Shown here: piece by piece, positions 27,619-36,709 of the stretch | How the letters are laid out: every line of letters begins with the position of its first letter | Position numbering within the stretch: position 1 is the stretch's first letter | DNA from: Candidatus Nanopelagicaceae bacterium | GTDB lineage: Bacteria; Actinomycetota; Actinomycetes; Nanopelagicales; Nanopelagicaceae | DNA: 55,560 nucleotides | NCBI GenBank assembly: GCA_036742235.1 | Contig: DAINQZ010000002.1 | Coordinates: 1-55,560 of the forward strand | Direction of reading: 5' to 3' | Made by a program: the position numbers and the translations under genes | The notes under the pieces: generated by a model | What the model was told of the DNA's origin: nothing | Seen by the model: only the letters and a program-made list of their open reading frames with translations | Database searches by the model: none

Positions 27619-28561
27619 GACGCTTCTCCTTCATCCACTGAACAAAATCGTCTCTTAACGGGGCAGGATCAACGATGATCGCGGATGTGAGAGATTTTGC
27701 AACGAGCTCGAAAAGCTCACTCTTTGAGGAGTATGCAATCTCCGCGCGATCCCAATCATCATTAAATGGCTGGATAGCAGCAGCCACTCTTATCTCTTGT
27801 GCCTTGCCGACTCTAATATTGAGAACCGCTCTCTGTTCTTCGTTTTCATGATCTTTGCGATCAAAGTATTTGGATAGCGAGAAATCGACTGGACGTTCAA
27901 AGGCTCCACTCTTCTTACCCGCGGTCAAATCTGAATCAATTCGAGCGATTTTAAAATTACGAATCTCAGATTTATCGAGATCCAGGCCGATCACATACCA
28001 ATATCCTTGGTGCAGTCCCAGCCCATATGGCGCGATGCGCCGCTTGGTAGATTGCAAGGAGTGGTAGGTGAAGACCAGCTCTTTACGAGATTCCACTGCA
28101 TCCCACAACAATGCGAAGTGCTCTGCCGGGATCTCACTCTTCATAAATGGCAGAGCGAGTGAGACCGGCTCTTGCAGCCCTTCAATCGACTCGAATTTAC
28201 GAATCGCTCGCTGTCCACTCTTTGAGAACAGTGAGTTCTGCCATTGATTAGCCGCTAGTGAGAGTAAGGCAAGTTCGGTCTGATCGAGATCGCCAATGTC
28301 GAGTGAGTAACGCTTCGGATTTATTCGATATCCAGCTTCATCCTCGAAGAGCGGATCTTCACTTCCTACTTCGATCTCTAGACCAAGGTCACGGAGATCA
28401 TTCTTATCGCGCTCGAACATTCGTTCCATGGTCTCAGGAGTTCCCGAATATCCTTCAACGCTCCGAAAAATCTCTGCCTTTGTGAGGTAGCGTCGACTAG
28501 CAAGAAGTGCCATGGTCAGGTTGATGAGCCGTTCACTCTTCTGCAGGCCGGACTCGCTCAT
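27611..28561 (-). CDS. pafB: WYL-domain transcriptional regulator PafB
   Basis: N-terminal HTH (RLINLTMALLASRRYLTKAEIF) and a WYL domain (PYGLGLHQGYWYVIGLD). Synteny as for pafC. Confidence 0.8.
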   Translation of the reverse strand: MSESGLQKSERLINLTMALLASRRYLTKAEIFRSVEGYSGTPETMERMFERDKNDLRDLGLEIEVGSEDPLFEDEAGYRINPKRYSLDIGDLDQTELALLSLAANQWQNSLFSKSGQRAIRKFESIEGLQEPVSLALPFMKSEIPAEHFALLWDAVESRKELVFTYHSLQSTKRRIAPYGLGLHQGYWYVIGLDLDKSEIRNFKIARIDSDLTAGKKSGAFERPVDFSLSKYFDRKDHENEEQRAVLNIRVGKAQEIRVAAAIQPFNDDWDRAEIAYSSKSELFELVAKSLTSAIIVDPAPLRDDFVQWMKEKRHG

Positions 28562-28605
28562 GGCTTAAAGATAGAGGGTTAGCCTGCCTTTGCTATTCTG
28601 CAGTC

Positions 28606-29136
28606 ATGGAAAATCGCCGTTTCGCTCTCCGCACCGTTGCTGGTCTCGGAGCCATCACCTTGACCACATCATTACTTCTCACCGGATGCACCACCAATGG
28701 TGGATCCACTACCCGAAAGGCAACTGTGACTACCGAGCCTGCAGCAGTTAACTTCCCAGCCGTGACCGGATCTCTCGGAAGCGCTCCAACTATTGTGAAG
28801 CCAACCGATGCTCCACCAACATCCCTTGAGAGCAAAGATCTCGTCGTCGGATCTGGTGCATCAGTAGCCCCTGGTGCGACAGTGACCACTCATTATGTGC
28901 TTATGGGTTGGTCTAACGGCGCGATCATCGACTCTTCCTGGACTCGTGGCACTCCACTCACAATCGGATTGGGTCAAGTGATCCCTGGTTGGCAGCAAGG
29001 TATGGTCGGCATGAAAGTTGGCGGACGTCGCGAACTCATCATTCCACCAGCACTTGGTTATGGTGCCGCTGGTTCTGGACCAGTTGGGCCAAACGAGACG
29101 CTTATCTTCGTCGTAGACCTACTCGCTACGAAGTAA
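28606..29136 (+). CDS. FKBP-type peptidyl-prolyl cis-trans isomerase, predicted lipoprotein
   Basis: Signal peptide with lipobox LLLTGC, and an FKBP core (VTTHYVLMGWSNGAIIDSSW...GQVIPGWQQGMVGMKVGGRRELIIPPALGYG). Confidence 0.88.
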   Translation: MENRRFALRTVAGLGAITLTTSLLLTGCTTNGGSTTRKATVTTEPAAVNFPAVTGSLGSAPTIVKPTDAPPTSLESKDLVVGSGASVAPGATVTTHYVLMGWSNGAIIDSSWTRGTPLTIGLGQVIPGWQQGMVGMKVGGRRELIIPPALGYGAAGSGPVGPNETLIFVVDLLATK

Positions 29137-30001
29137 CCTCTTCCTCAGCTGGCAAACCGTACGAACCCTTCGATGGGCGACGTCGACGAAGTGGCGCAGT
29201 AACTCCTGGTGCCAATCGTCTCGCCATAATGAGGAAACCAGTATGTCCAATCATTCGGTGTTGTGGCCTGACAGCTAATCCTTCATGGTGCCAGCCGCGC
29301 ACAATCGTCTCCGTACTTTCAGGTTCGGTAAAGGCAGCAGAGCTCTTAATGGTCTCCGCCACCTCTGAGAGTTGAGTTGTGGTGGCTACATAAGCGAGAA
29401 GAACTCCACCGGGATCAAGCACTTCCTGTGCCATATCAACGCACTCCCATGGAGCGAGCATGTCTAGGACGATACGGTCATATTTTTTACTGCGGTCTAC
29501 CTGGTCCTGAAGTGACCCCACAGTCAAAGACCAATTGCTGGGAAGCTCGCGGAAGTATTCACCAACATTCTTTCGAGCGATATCTGCAAAATCATCCCGG
29601 CGTTCAAATGAGTCAACGAGACCATCGCGACCTACTGCTCGAAGCAGTGAGATGGTGAGGGCTCCAGAACCAACACCAGCCTCAAGGACTCGTGAACCAG
29701 GGGCGATATCAGCGATTCCAACGATCATGGCGGCATCCTTGGGATAGACAATTGTTGCCCCGCGCGGCATCGATAGTACGTAATCAGCGAGCAACGGTCT
29801 GAAGGCTAAGAACTTTAACCCGGCAGTAGTTTCAACAACCGAACCCTCGGGTAAACCAACGATCTGATCATGTATCAGCCAGCCTTTATGAGTGTGCCAC
29901 TCCCCTGCCTCTTTCAGGGTGATCGTATGAAGTTTTCCCTTGGCATCGGTCAGTTGAACACGATCGCCATAGTGGAAGAGTGCTTTTTCGCTGGGGTTCA
30001 T
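29126..30001 (-). CDS. trmI: tRNA (adenine58-N1)-methyltransferase
   Basis: Gcd14/TrmI pattern: N-terminal beta-domain (GDRVQLTDAKGKLHTITL), the SAM motif VLEAGVGSGALT, and DRIVLDMLAPWE. It is the Rv2118c homologue by motif and neighbourhood. Confidence 0.85.
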   Translation of the reverse strand: MNPSEKALFHYGDRVQLTDAKGKLHTITLKEAGEWHTHKGWLIHDQIVGLPEGSVVETTAGLKFLAFRPLLADYVLSMPRGATIVYPKDAAMIVGIADIAPGSRVLEAGVGSGALTISLLRAVGRDGLVDSFERRDDFADIARKNVGEYFRELPSNWSLTVGSLQDQVDRSKKYDRIVLDMLAPWECVDMAQEVLDPGGVLLAYVATTTQLSEVAETIKSSAAFTEPESTETIVRGWHHEGLAVRPQHRMIGHTGFLIMARRLAPGVTAPLRRRRPSKGSYGLPAEEEVTS

Positions 30002-30657
30002 TGAGATATCCGTTCGTGGATCATCGTCGCTAAATTCTTAAGGTCTAAGTCTACTAAAGAGTCGACGACGAGAGTTCGTGGATGTTCTGCTACTTCTACT
30101 AAATGCGGAATTGCGAGAACAAGTGCGCCACTTGCTTGGGCTGCGGCGATTCCTGGCCTTGAGTCTTCGAGGATGAGGCAATCACTTATCACCACTCCTA
30201 GGGCTTCAGCCGCCTTTAGATATGACTCTGGATTCGGCTTACTCACGCTAACCTCATTAGAACTAATGGAAACGGAGAAGTAGTCGCTGCTCAGTGAATT
30301 CAACGTAGCGTCAACGAGATTGCGTGGACTTGCTGAAACTAACCCCATCGGAATACCTGCGGCATAGATCTCTTCCATGAGCTCTCTCGCACCAGGCATG
30401 AAGTTCAGTCCCGCTATAAATTGTGACTCAACTCTTTGAACGAGTTCTCGAACAAAGAATTCTGGGCTCTCACTATTCACCAAATCGAACATGTAGGCGC
30501 CAACGCGCGGAAGCGGTCCGCCGAGGCAATGCTTCTGATCCTCGATTCTCCACTTGTACCCAAAATCAGCCATCAGCGATGTTTCGGCTATAAGCCAATA
30601 GGGCTCGGTATCAACGAGCGTCCCATCCATATCAAAGAAGATCGCTGGGAAGGTCAC
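29998..30657 (-). CDS. HAD-superfamily hydrolase (beta-phosphoglucomutase/phosphatase-like, subfamily IA)
   Basis: Motif I FFDMDGTLVDTE, motif II VSAS, and the motif III/IV region K..P......CLILEDS. Substrate unknown. Confidence 0.8.
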   Translation of the reverse strand: MTFPAIFFDMDGTLVDTEPYWLIAETSLMADFGYKWRIEDQKHCLGGPLPRVGAYMFDLVNSESPEFFVRELVQRVESQFIAGLNFMPGARELMEEIYAAGIPMGLVSASPRNLVDATLNSLSSDYFSVSISSNEVSVSKPNPESYLKAAEALGVVISDCLILEDSRPGIAAAQASGALVLAIPHLVEVAEHPRTLVVDSLVDLDLKNLATMIHERISQ

Positions 30658-33600
30658 GTTGCGTTGAAATATTTCGCTTCTGGGTGGTGCACGATAATGG
30701 CAGAGGTGGATTGTTCTGGATGGAGTTGGAACTCCTCCGATAAAAGAACGCCGATGCGCTCTGGCTCCAAGAGCTCGCAGAGTTGCTTCTGTTGTTCGAG
30801 ATCTGGGCAGGCGGGATAACCAAATGAGTAACGAGAGCCGCGATATCCCTGATCAAGAATCTCTGGTAATTGTAGTGAATCCTCTTCTGAGAATCCCATC
30901 TCGTCACGAACGCGAGCGTGCCAATGTTCGGCAAGCGCCTCCGTCAATTGAACGGACAAGCCATGAAGTTCTAGGTACTCGCGATAATTGTTCGCTTCAA
31001 AGAGTTTGGCAGTCGCTTGGCTGACAGATTCGCCCATAGTCACAACATGGAATGCCACAGTGTCGATCTCGCCTGACTCTTTACTTCGGAAGAAGTCGCT
31101 CAAGCACAATCTGCGATCTCTCGTCTGTCTTGGGAAGGTAAACCGGAGGCGTTCGGTACCTTCGAGCGGGCCCTCATGGTGAAGGATTACAAGATCGTTA
31201 CCCTCGCTATAACAAGGGAAATATCCGTAAACGACAGCGGCATTGAGCCACCCGTTAGATTGGACATCATTGAGAAGTGAACGAAGCCGTGGTCGGCCTT
31301 CTTCCTCAACCATCCGTTCGTACTCGCCACGATTGCCCTTGAGACCCCATTGCCCAACAAAGAGTGCGCGCTCATCGAGCATGCCTAGATAATTTTGAAG
31401 CGGAATACCTTTAACGATCCTTGAGCCGTAGAACGGTGCCTTCGGCAAGGTATTAGTTGGTGAGACATCGGATCGGGTGGTGTCGGTATTTGCTTCACGG
31501 TTCATGCGAGTATTTGGAGTCCGTCGCTCGCGTAGTGGTGGAAGTGAAGCGGTTGCATCACCGCGCTTCATACCAATCATGGCATCCATTAAGCGCAGAC
31601 CCTCAAAGGCATCTTTGGCATAACGAACGGTGCCGGGGAATGCATTGGCGAGATCATCTTCAACAAAACTACGAGTGAGCGCTGCTCCCCCAAGAATCAC
31701 CGGCCACTTCTGGTCAAGACCGCGAGATTGGAGCTCGGCTAAGTTCTCTTTCATGATGACCGTCGACTTAACAAGGAGTCCTGACATGCCGATGACATCC
31801 ACATTGTTCTCAGTTGCAGCGTCGATGATCTGATTAATAGTCTGTTTGATTCCAATATTCACAGTTGTGTAGCCGTTGTTGCTTAAAATGATATCGACGA
31901 GATTCTTGCCAATATCGTGAACATCACCTTTAACCGTTGCCAAGAGGATGGAGCCGCGACCCTCATCGTCGGATTTCTCCATATGCGGTTCGAGGATAGC
32001 TACGGCGCTCTTCATCACTTCAGCGCTTTGTAGAACGAAAGGTAATTGCATCTCGCCGCGACCGAAAAGTTCGCCGACCTCTTTCATCCCTGCTAAAAGA
32101 TGATCATTAATGATGGCAAGTGGCTTGATACCGACAGCCATAGCCTCTTGAAGATCTGCTTCCAATCCCACCTTTTCGCCATCGATTATTCGACGTTCAA
32201 GTCGCTTCTCTAATGGCAGCGCAGCCAACTCTGCAGCGCGTGAGATCTTGCTTGATTTCACCTCAACGCCATCGAAGAGTTCGAGGAATTTCGAGAGTGG
32301 ATCGTAGGTGAGATCACCGGCTTCGTTATATTCACGACGATCGTAAATGAGATCTAGCGCAACACCTTTCACATCATCTGCGATTCGAGCCATCGGAGTG
32401 ATTTTTGAAGGATGAACGATCGCTGAATCCAAGCCGGCTTTAACTCCCTCAGCTAAGAAGACTGAGTTGAGAACGATTCTGGCGGCTGGGTTGAGACCGA
32501 AGGAGACGTTTGAGACACCAAGCGTCGTTTGAACAGTTGGGTACAACTTCTTGAGCTCGGCGATAGCGCTCAGCGTTTCGATGCCGTCACGGCGCGTCTC
32601 TTCTTGCCCAGTTGCAATCGGGAAGGTGAGGCAATCGATGAGAATGTCCTCTACCGCCATCCCCCAGTTATTGACGAGATCCTCAATCAGTCGAGTAGCG
32701 ACGCGAATCTTCCACTCACTGGTTCGGGCCTGGCCTTCTTCGTCAATGGTGAGAGCGACGACCGCTGCTCCATGTTCTTTGACGAGCGGCATGATGCGAG
32801 CGAATCGACTTGTTGGGCCATCGCCATCTTCGTAGTTCACGGAGTTGATGATGCTGCGTCCACCAAGATGCTCTAGACCAGCTTTAAGAACGTCAGGCTC
32901 AGTCGAGTCGAGCATGATCGGCAGTGTTGAACTCGTTGCAAGTCGAGAGGCGAGTTCAGACATATCTTTAACGCCATCGCGGCCGACATAATCAACGGAA
33001 AGGTCGAGAATGTGTGCGCCATCGCGGATCTGATCGCGCGCGATCTCGATGCAGGTCTGCCAATCTTCCGTAATGAGTGCATCGCGGAATGCTCGGGAAC
33101 CGTTCGCATTGGTCCTCTCCCCGATCGCCAGGTATGCATTATCTTGTCGGAAGGGAACGAATTGGTAGAGCGAAGATGCGCCATCTTCCTTCTGAGGGTT
33201 TCTTGTGGGCGTAACGCGACCAGATACCGTGGAGACAACTGCCTCGAGATGAGCCGGCGTGGTTCCGCAACAGCCACCGATTAACGAGATGCCGTACTGG
33301 TCAACAAAGTCAGAGAGATAGTTAGCAAGTTCAGCCGGCGAGAGTGGGTAAACCGCACCGTTCGGTCCGAGGATTGGTAGGCCCGCATTCGGCATAACTG
33401 AGATCTTCGCAGTCGAATTCTTGCTAAGGACACGTAGGTGTTCGGACATTTCTGCTGGTCCGGTCGCGCAGTTCAATCCAATTAAGTCGATGTTAAGTGG
33501 TTCGAGTGCGTTGAGGGCGGCACCAATCTCTGAACCCAGAAGCATCGTTCCCGTTGTTTCTACCGTTACTTGTGCGATGAGGACGATATCTCGACCTGAC

Positions 33601-34145
33601 GCAGTGATCGCAGCGCGTGCGCCATTCACCGCAGCCTTAGCCTGCAAGAGATCCTGAGTCGTTTCAATCAAAAGCGCATCGCTTCCACCATCGATCAATC
33701 CTTGTGATGCCTCTTGATAGTGTGCGCGAAGCTTCTCGTATTCGACGTGTAGAAGTGTTGGCAATTTTGTTCCGGGACCAATTGATCCTAGGACCCAACG
33801 AGGGCGATCGGGCGTTGAGAATGAATCTGCACTCTCACGAGCAATAATCGCGCCCGCCTTGGCAAGTTCATAAATGCGATCTTCGATTCCATATTCAGCA
33901 AGGTTCGCCCAATTGGCACCGAAGGTATTCGTCTCGATCGCATCGACACCCACGGCAAGATATGCATCATGGACGGCTCGCACGATATCTGGACGCGAGA
34001 CATTCAATATTTCATTGCAGCCTTCATGTCCTTGAAAATCTTCGAGGGTGGGATCCTGAGCCTGCAACATCGTGCCCATCGCCCCGTCGGCAATAACGGT
34101 GCGGGTTGCCAGAGCGGCGCGTAGAGAGTTCGATGAAGTGCTCAT
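30654..34145 (-). CDS. metH: cobalamin-dependent methionine synthase
   Basis: 1163 aa with all modules: Hcy-binding (GGCCGTTPAH), pterin-binding, the B12-binding DxHxxG motif (GDVHDIGKNLV), and the AdoMet reactivation domain at the C-terminus. Confidence 0.95.
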   Translation of the reverse strand: MSTSSNSLRAALATRTVIADGAMGTMLQAQDPTLEDFQGHEGCNEILNVSRPDIVRAVHDAYLAVGVDAIETNTFGANWANLAEYGIEDRIYELAKAGAIIARESADSFSTPDRPRWVLGSIGPGTKLPTLLHVEYEKLRAHYQEASQGLIDGGSDALLIETTQDLLQAKAAVNGARAAITASGRDIVLIAQVTVETTGTMLLGSEIGAALNALEPLNIDLIGLNCATGPAEMSEHLRVLSKNSTAKISVMPNAGLPILGPNGAVYPLSPAELANYLSDFVDQYGISLIGGCCGTTPAHLEAVVSTVSGRVTPTRNPQKEDGASSLYQFVPFRQDNAYLAIGERTNANGSRAFRDALITEDWQTCIEIARDQIRDGAHILDLSVDYVGRDGVKDMSELASRLATSSTLPIMLDSTEPDVLKAGLEHLGGRSIINSVNYEDGDGPTSRFARIMPLVKEHGAAVVALTIDEEGQARTSEWKIRVATRLIEDLVNNWGMAVEDILIDCLTFPIATGQEETRRDGIETLSAIAELKKLYPTVQTTLGVSNVSFGLNPAARIVLNSVFLAEGVKAGLDSAIVHPSKITPMARIADDVKGVALDLIYDRREYNEAGDLTYDPLSKFLELFDGVEVKSSKISRAAELAALPLEKRLERRIIDGEKVGLEADLQEAMAVGIKPLAIINDHLLAGMKEVGELFGRGEMQLPFVLQSAEVMKSAVAILEPHMEKSDDEGRGSILLATVKGDVHDIGKNLVDIILSNNGYTTVNIGIKQTINQIIDAATENNVDVIGMSGLLVKSTVIMKENLAELQSRGLDQKWPVILGGAALTRSFVEDDLANAFPGTVRYAKDAFEGLRLMDAMIGMKRGDATASLPPLRERRTPNTRMNREANTDTTRSDVSPTNTLPKAPFYGSRIVKGIPLQNYLGMLDERALFVGQWGLKGNRGEYERMVEEEGRPRLRSLLNDVQSNGWLNAAVVYGYFPCYSEGNDLVILHHEGPLEGTERLRFTFPRQTRDRRLCLSDFFRSKESGEIDTVAFHVVTMGESVSQATAKLFEANNYREYLELHGLSVQLTEALAEHWHARVRDEMGFSEEDSLQLPEILDQGYRGSRYSFGYPACPDLEQQKQLCELLEPERIGVLLSEEFQLHPEQSTSAIIVHHPEAKYFNAT

Positions 34146-34178
34146 GAGAGGCCTACTTTAGCGGAGTTGTGCGTAGAG

Positions 34179-35453
34179 CTAGAACGCGAGCCCAAGAAGT
34201 GCGTCAAGGAGCCGAGATAGCTCGCCAGCGCCTTGTTGTGGGTGATCATTTCCTTCATCGAGATTAAGGCCCGCCCACTCTTCGAGGAGTTTGAGCGCCT
34301 TCGGGGTATTGAGATTATCTGCCATGGACTCGATGAGCGAGAGCGAAAGTGTTGTGGTTGGTGTCACCCACTCGCGAGCCAATGCTGCTCGAATCATCGC
34401 GACAGAGTTAGTTGCAGTTGCCAACTTCTCAGCGCTCCACATGCGATCTGATTGATAGCGGTCCCCTAGAAGGGCGTATTTGATCGCCACGGGATCAACG
34501 CCCTCGGCGAGAAGTTTTGAGACGAAGACGAGGTTTCCCTTGCTCTTGCTCATCTTTTCACCGTCTAGTCCAACCATGCCGGCATGTACATAGTGGCGAG
34601 CGAATGGTTGACCGAGCATCGCGGCACCCTGTGCTCCACTCATGAAGTGGTGAGGGAAAATGAGGTCTGAACCGCCGCCTTGAAGATCGATAGAAAATTC
34701 TTTACCTGCGGGAGTTAGAAAATCTGGACCTAACAAGTATCGCAGAGCGATAACTGAACATTCGATATGCCAACCAGGGCGGCCGAAGCCGTGGCTACTC
34801 TCCCAACCCGGTTCACCATTCTTATTAGCCCACCAGAGAACGGGATCGAGCGGATGGCGTTTACCTACTCGATCAGGATCACCACCGCGTTCTGCAAAGA
34901 TCTTGAGAGCTTCGGTCTCAGGAATAGGTAACTCCGCGAGGAATGAAGAGATATCAAAGTAGAGATCGTTCTCAACGCTATAGACAAAACCGTTCTTTGC
35001 CATCTGTGTGATCGCCTGATCGATCAGTTGCATAACGCCTGTGGCCGGAACGAAAGCTTTCGGTGGGAAGATGTGCAGGGCAGTCATATCCGAACGGAAG
35101 AGATCAATTTGTGAGGCAGCGAGCTCCTGCCAATTCACATTATCGCGAACCGCTCGTTCAAGAAGAGGTTCATCGATATCGGTGATGTTCTCAACGAAAG
35201 AGACGTGAGCGCCGCTTAAGCGTTGATAACGATTGATGAGATCAAAAGCAATATAGGTCGCAGCATGGCCAAGGTGGGTTGCATCGTATGGTGTGATGCC
35301 ACAGACATACATCGTGAAATCTTTACCAGCATCAACTTCGGTAAGACCCTTTGACGTATTGAGAGTGAGAACAGGAAAGGAGAATTCAGCTGGTGGCTGG
35401 TAGAGATCTGGCCACGATGGGATGGTCTGTGATTGAGTCTCCATAGGTACCAA
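34179..35453 (-). CDS. mshC: L-cysteine:1D-myo-inositol 2-amino-2-deoxy-alpha-D-glucopyranoside ligase (mycothiol ligase)
   Basis: Class I aaRS-like with HIGH (THLGHAATY) and KMSKS (KMSKSKGN) motifs, but only ~420 aa and lacking the CysRS anticodon-binding domain. ERGGDPDR, GRPGWHIEC and LQGGGSDLIFPHH closely follow mycobacterial MshC as I recall it. Start at 35453 or 35444. Confidence 0.85.
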   Translation of the reverse strand: MVPMETQSQTIPSWPDLYQPPAEFSFPVLTLNTSKGLTEVDAGKDFTMYVCGITPYDATHLGHAATYIAFDLINRYQRLSGAHVSFVENITDIDEPLLERAVRDNVNWQELAASQIDLFRSDMTALHIFPPKAFVPATGVMQLIDQAITQMAKNGFVYSVENDLYFDISSFLAELPIPETEALKIFAERGGDPDRVGKRHPLDPVLWWANKNGEPGWESSHGFGRPGWHIECSVIALRYLLGPDFLTPAGKEFSIDLQGGGSDLIFPHHFMSGAQGAAMLGQPFARHYVHAGMVGLDGEKMSKSKGNLVFVSKLLAEGVDPVAIKYALLGDRYQSDRMWSAEKLATATNSVAMIRAALAREWVTPTTTLSLSLIESMADNLNTPKALKLLEEWAGLNLDEGNDHPQQGAGELSRLLDALLGLAF

Positions 35454-35459
35454 TCGTAT

Positions 35460-36149
35460 CTAAAAAGGTGGCCATGGGACGGCTGGCCAATCCTCGGATG
35501 GGAATGGGAATGAATTGGCTTTGAGGGTTCGATCGATTCTCATGATCAAGGCTGAAAGATCTTCCTCGCTGAGATAGTTAGATAACTTCGAATCTTCAAT
35601 CTTCGATGGGAGTTGAGCTAAATCATCGCGTTCTTTCTCTGATAAAGATTCGCCTGCAAACTGCCATAGGACAGTACGCAACTTATCTTCGTGATGAAAG
35701 GCTACGCCATGGTCGCAGCCAAAGATCTTCCCCGATGTGGTTGGGAGAATATGTCCAAATTTTCTATCCGTGTTATTGATGAGGACATCAAAGAGCGCCA
35801 TCGCTCTAATTTGAGGATCCGCACTTTGCGCAAGGGCCACGACATCGATTTCTTCGTCAACCTCGATCCACCGTTGCACCGAACCCATCCCAAATGGTCC
35901 GTCGCGAAAGATGGTCTCTGGAACTATTCCGTAACCCAAGAGATCAGAGAGTATGTAGGCAGCAACCTCTCGTTTTGCGAGTTCGCCATCGGGAAAATCC
36001 CAGAGGGATCGCTCCCCTGCGATCGGTTTGTAGATAACGCTCAGCGGGCTCTCTTCAGCTCCGATCTCACAGAGCAGGGTGGCATTCGAAGCATCTACAA
36101 GACGGCCGACCACCCGCATCTCACTGCTATGAAGATCAGAGTTGGTCAA
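35460..36149 (-). CDS. SCO1664-family protein (PI3/PI4-kinase-like / HipA-like catalytic loop); function unknown
   Basis: VIYKP (candidate ATP-lysine), INNTDRKFGHIL (catalytic-loop-like) and GCDHG (DFG-like). It resembles the actinobacterial Rv2133c/SCO1664 family and has a 4-nt overlap with the upstream DUF3090 gene. Confidence 0.7.
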   Translation of the reverse strand: MTNSDLHSSEMRVVGRLVDASNATLLCEIGAEESPLSVIYKPIAGERSLWDFPDGELAKREVAAYILSDLLGYGIVPETIFRDGPFGMGSVQRWIEVDEEIDVVALAQSADPQIRAMALFDVLINNTDRKFGHILPTTSGKIFGCDHGVAFHHEDKLRTVLWQFAGESLSEKERDDLAQLPSKIEDSKLSNYLSEEDLSALIMRIDRTLKANSFPFPSEDWPAVPWPPF

Positions 36150-36709
36150 CGTCGATAACCATTTGCTCGAGGGCAGAGGTGTCCATCATTATTGATCGGA
36201 AGTCCACAGAATGGACAAACTTGTCGACCCGCATTGACAACAAATTCAGCACGATCAATAAAGGTGCGAGCCTGATGAATACGAATCGATGCCGTGACGA
36301 GTTCAGGGGCATCTTCAATGAGGAGGGCCTCTTCATCATCGAGGAGATCGACAATCTGCTCGTCACCCATCGCCTGTAGCTGAATGATGATTCGTTGATC
36401 GGACTCTTCCCAGCTCATCGCGATGATCCCGACTCGGAAATCTTCATCTATGGGGAATTCCAATGGCTCTTGATCACGCTTGTGTTGAAGTGAGAGTTCA
36501 TCGAGACTCGCATTGCCTGATGCCCGAAGTTCTCGTACGAGCGTTCGAAGGCGTTCTGCTAGAGCTTGCACTTGGCTCTTCTCCACAACAACGGAGGAGA
36601 GCCCGGCACTCCCACGAATCTGGATGAAGAATGTCCGCTCACCAGGCAGCCCAACAGTTCCGGTTGTAAAACGTTCGACGAACTCGTGATTGGTTGAGAT
36701 CCGGCTCAT
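36146..36709 (-). CDS. DUF3090-family protein with a C-terminal CxxC...C zinc-ribbon-like motif (Rv2134c-like); function unknown
   Basis: N-terminus FTTGTVGLPGERTFFIQ; C-terminus VCPFCGLPINNDGHLCPRANGYRR. It has 4-nt overlaps with both neighbours. Confidence 0.7.
   Translation of the reverse strand: MSRISTNHEFVERFTTGTVGLPGERTFFIQIRGSAGLSSVVVEKSQVQALAERLRTLVRELRASGNASLDELSLQHKRDQEPLEFPIDEDFRVGIIAMSWEESDQRIIIQLQAMGDEQIVDLLDDEEALLIEDAPELVTASIRIHQARTFIDRAEFVVNAGRQVCPFCGLPINNDGHLCPRANGYRR

Noticed and set aside
34146-34178. Cobalamin or SAM riboswitches in front of metH and metK.
   Set aside because: The metH leader is only 33 nt and metK begins 4 nt after the coaBC stop, so there is no room for either. 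B12-dependent MetH is also not normally B12-riboswitch controlled.
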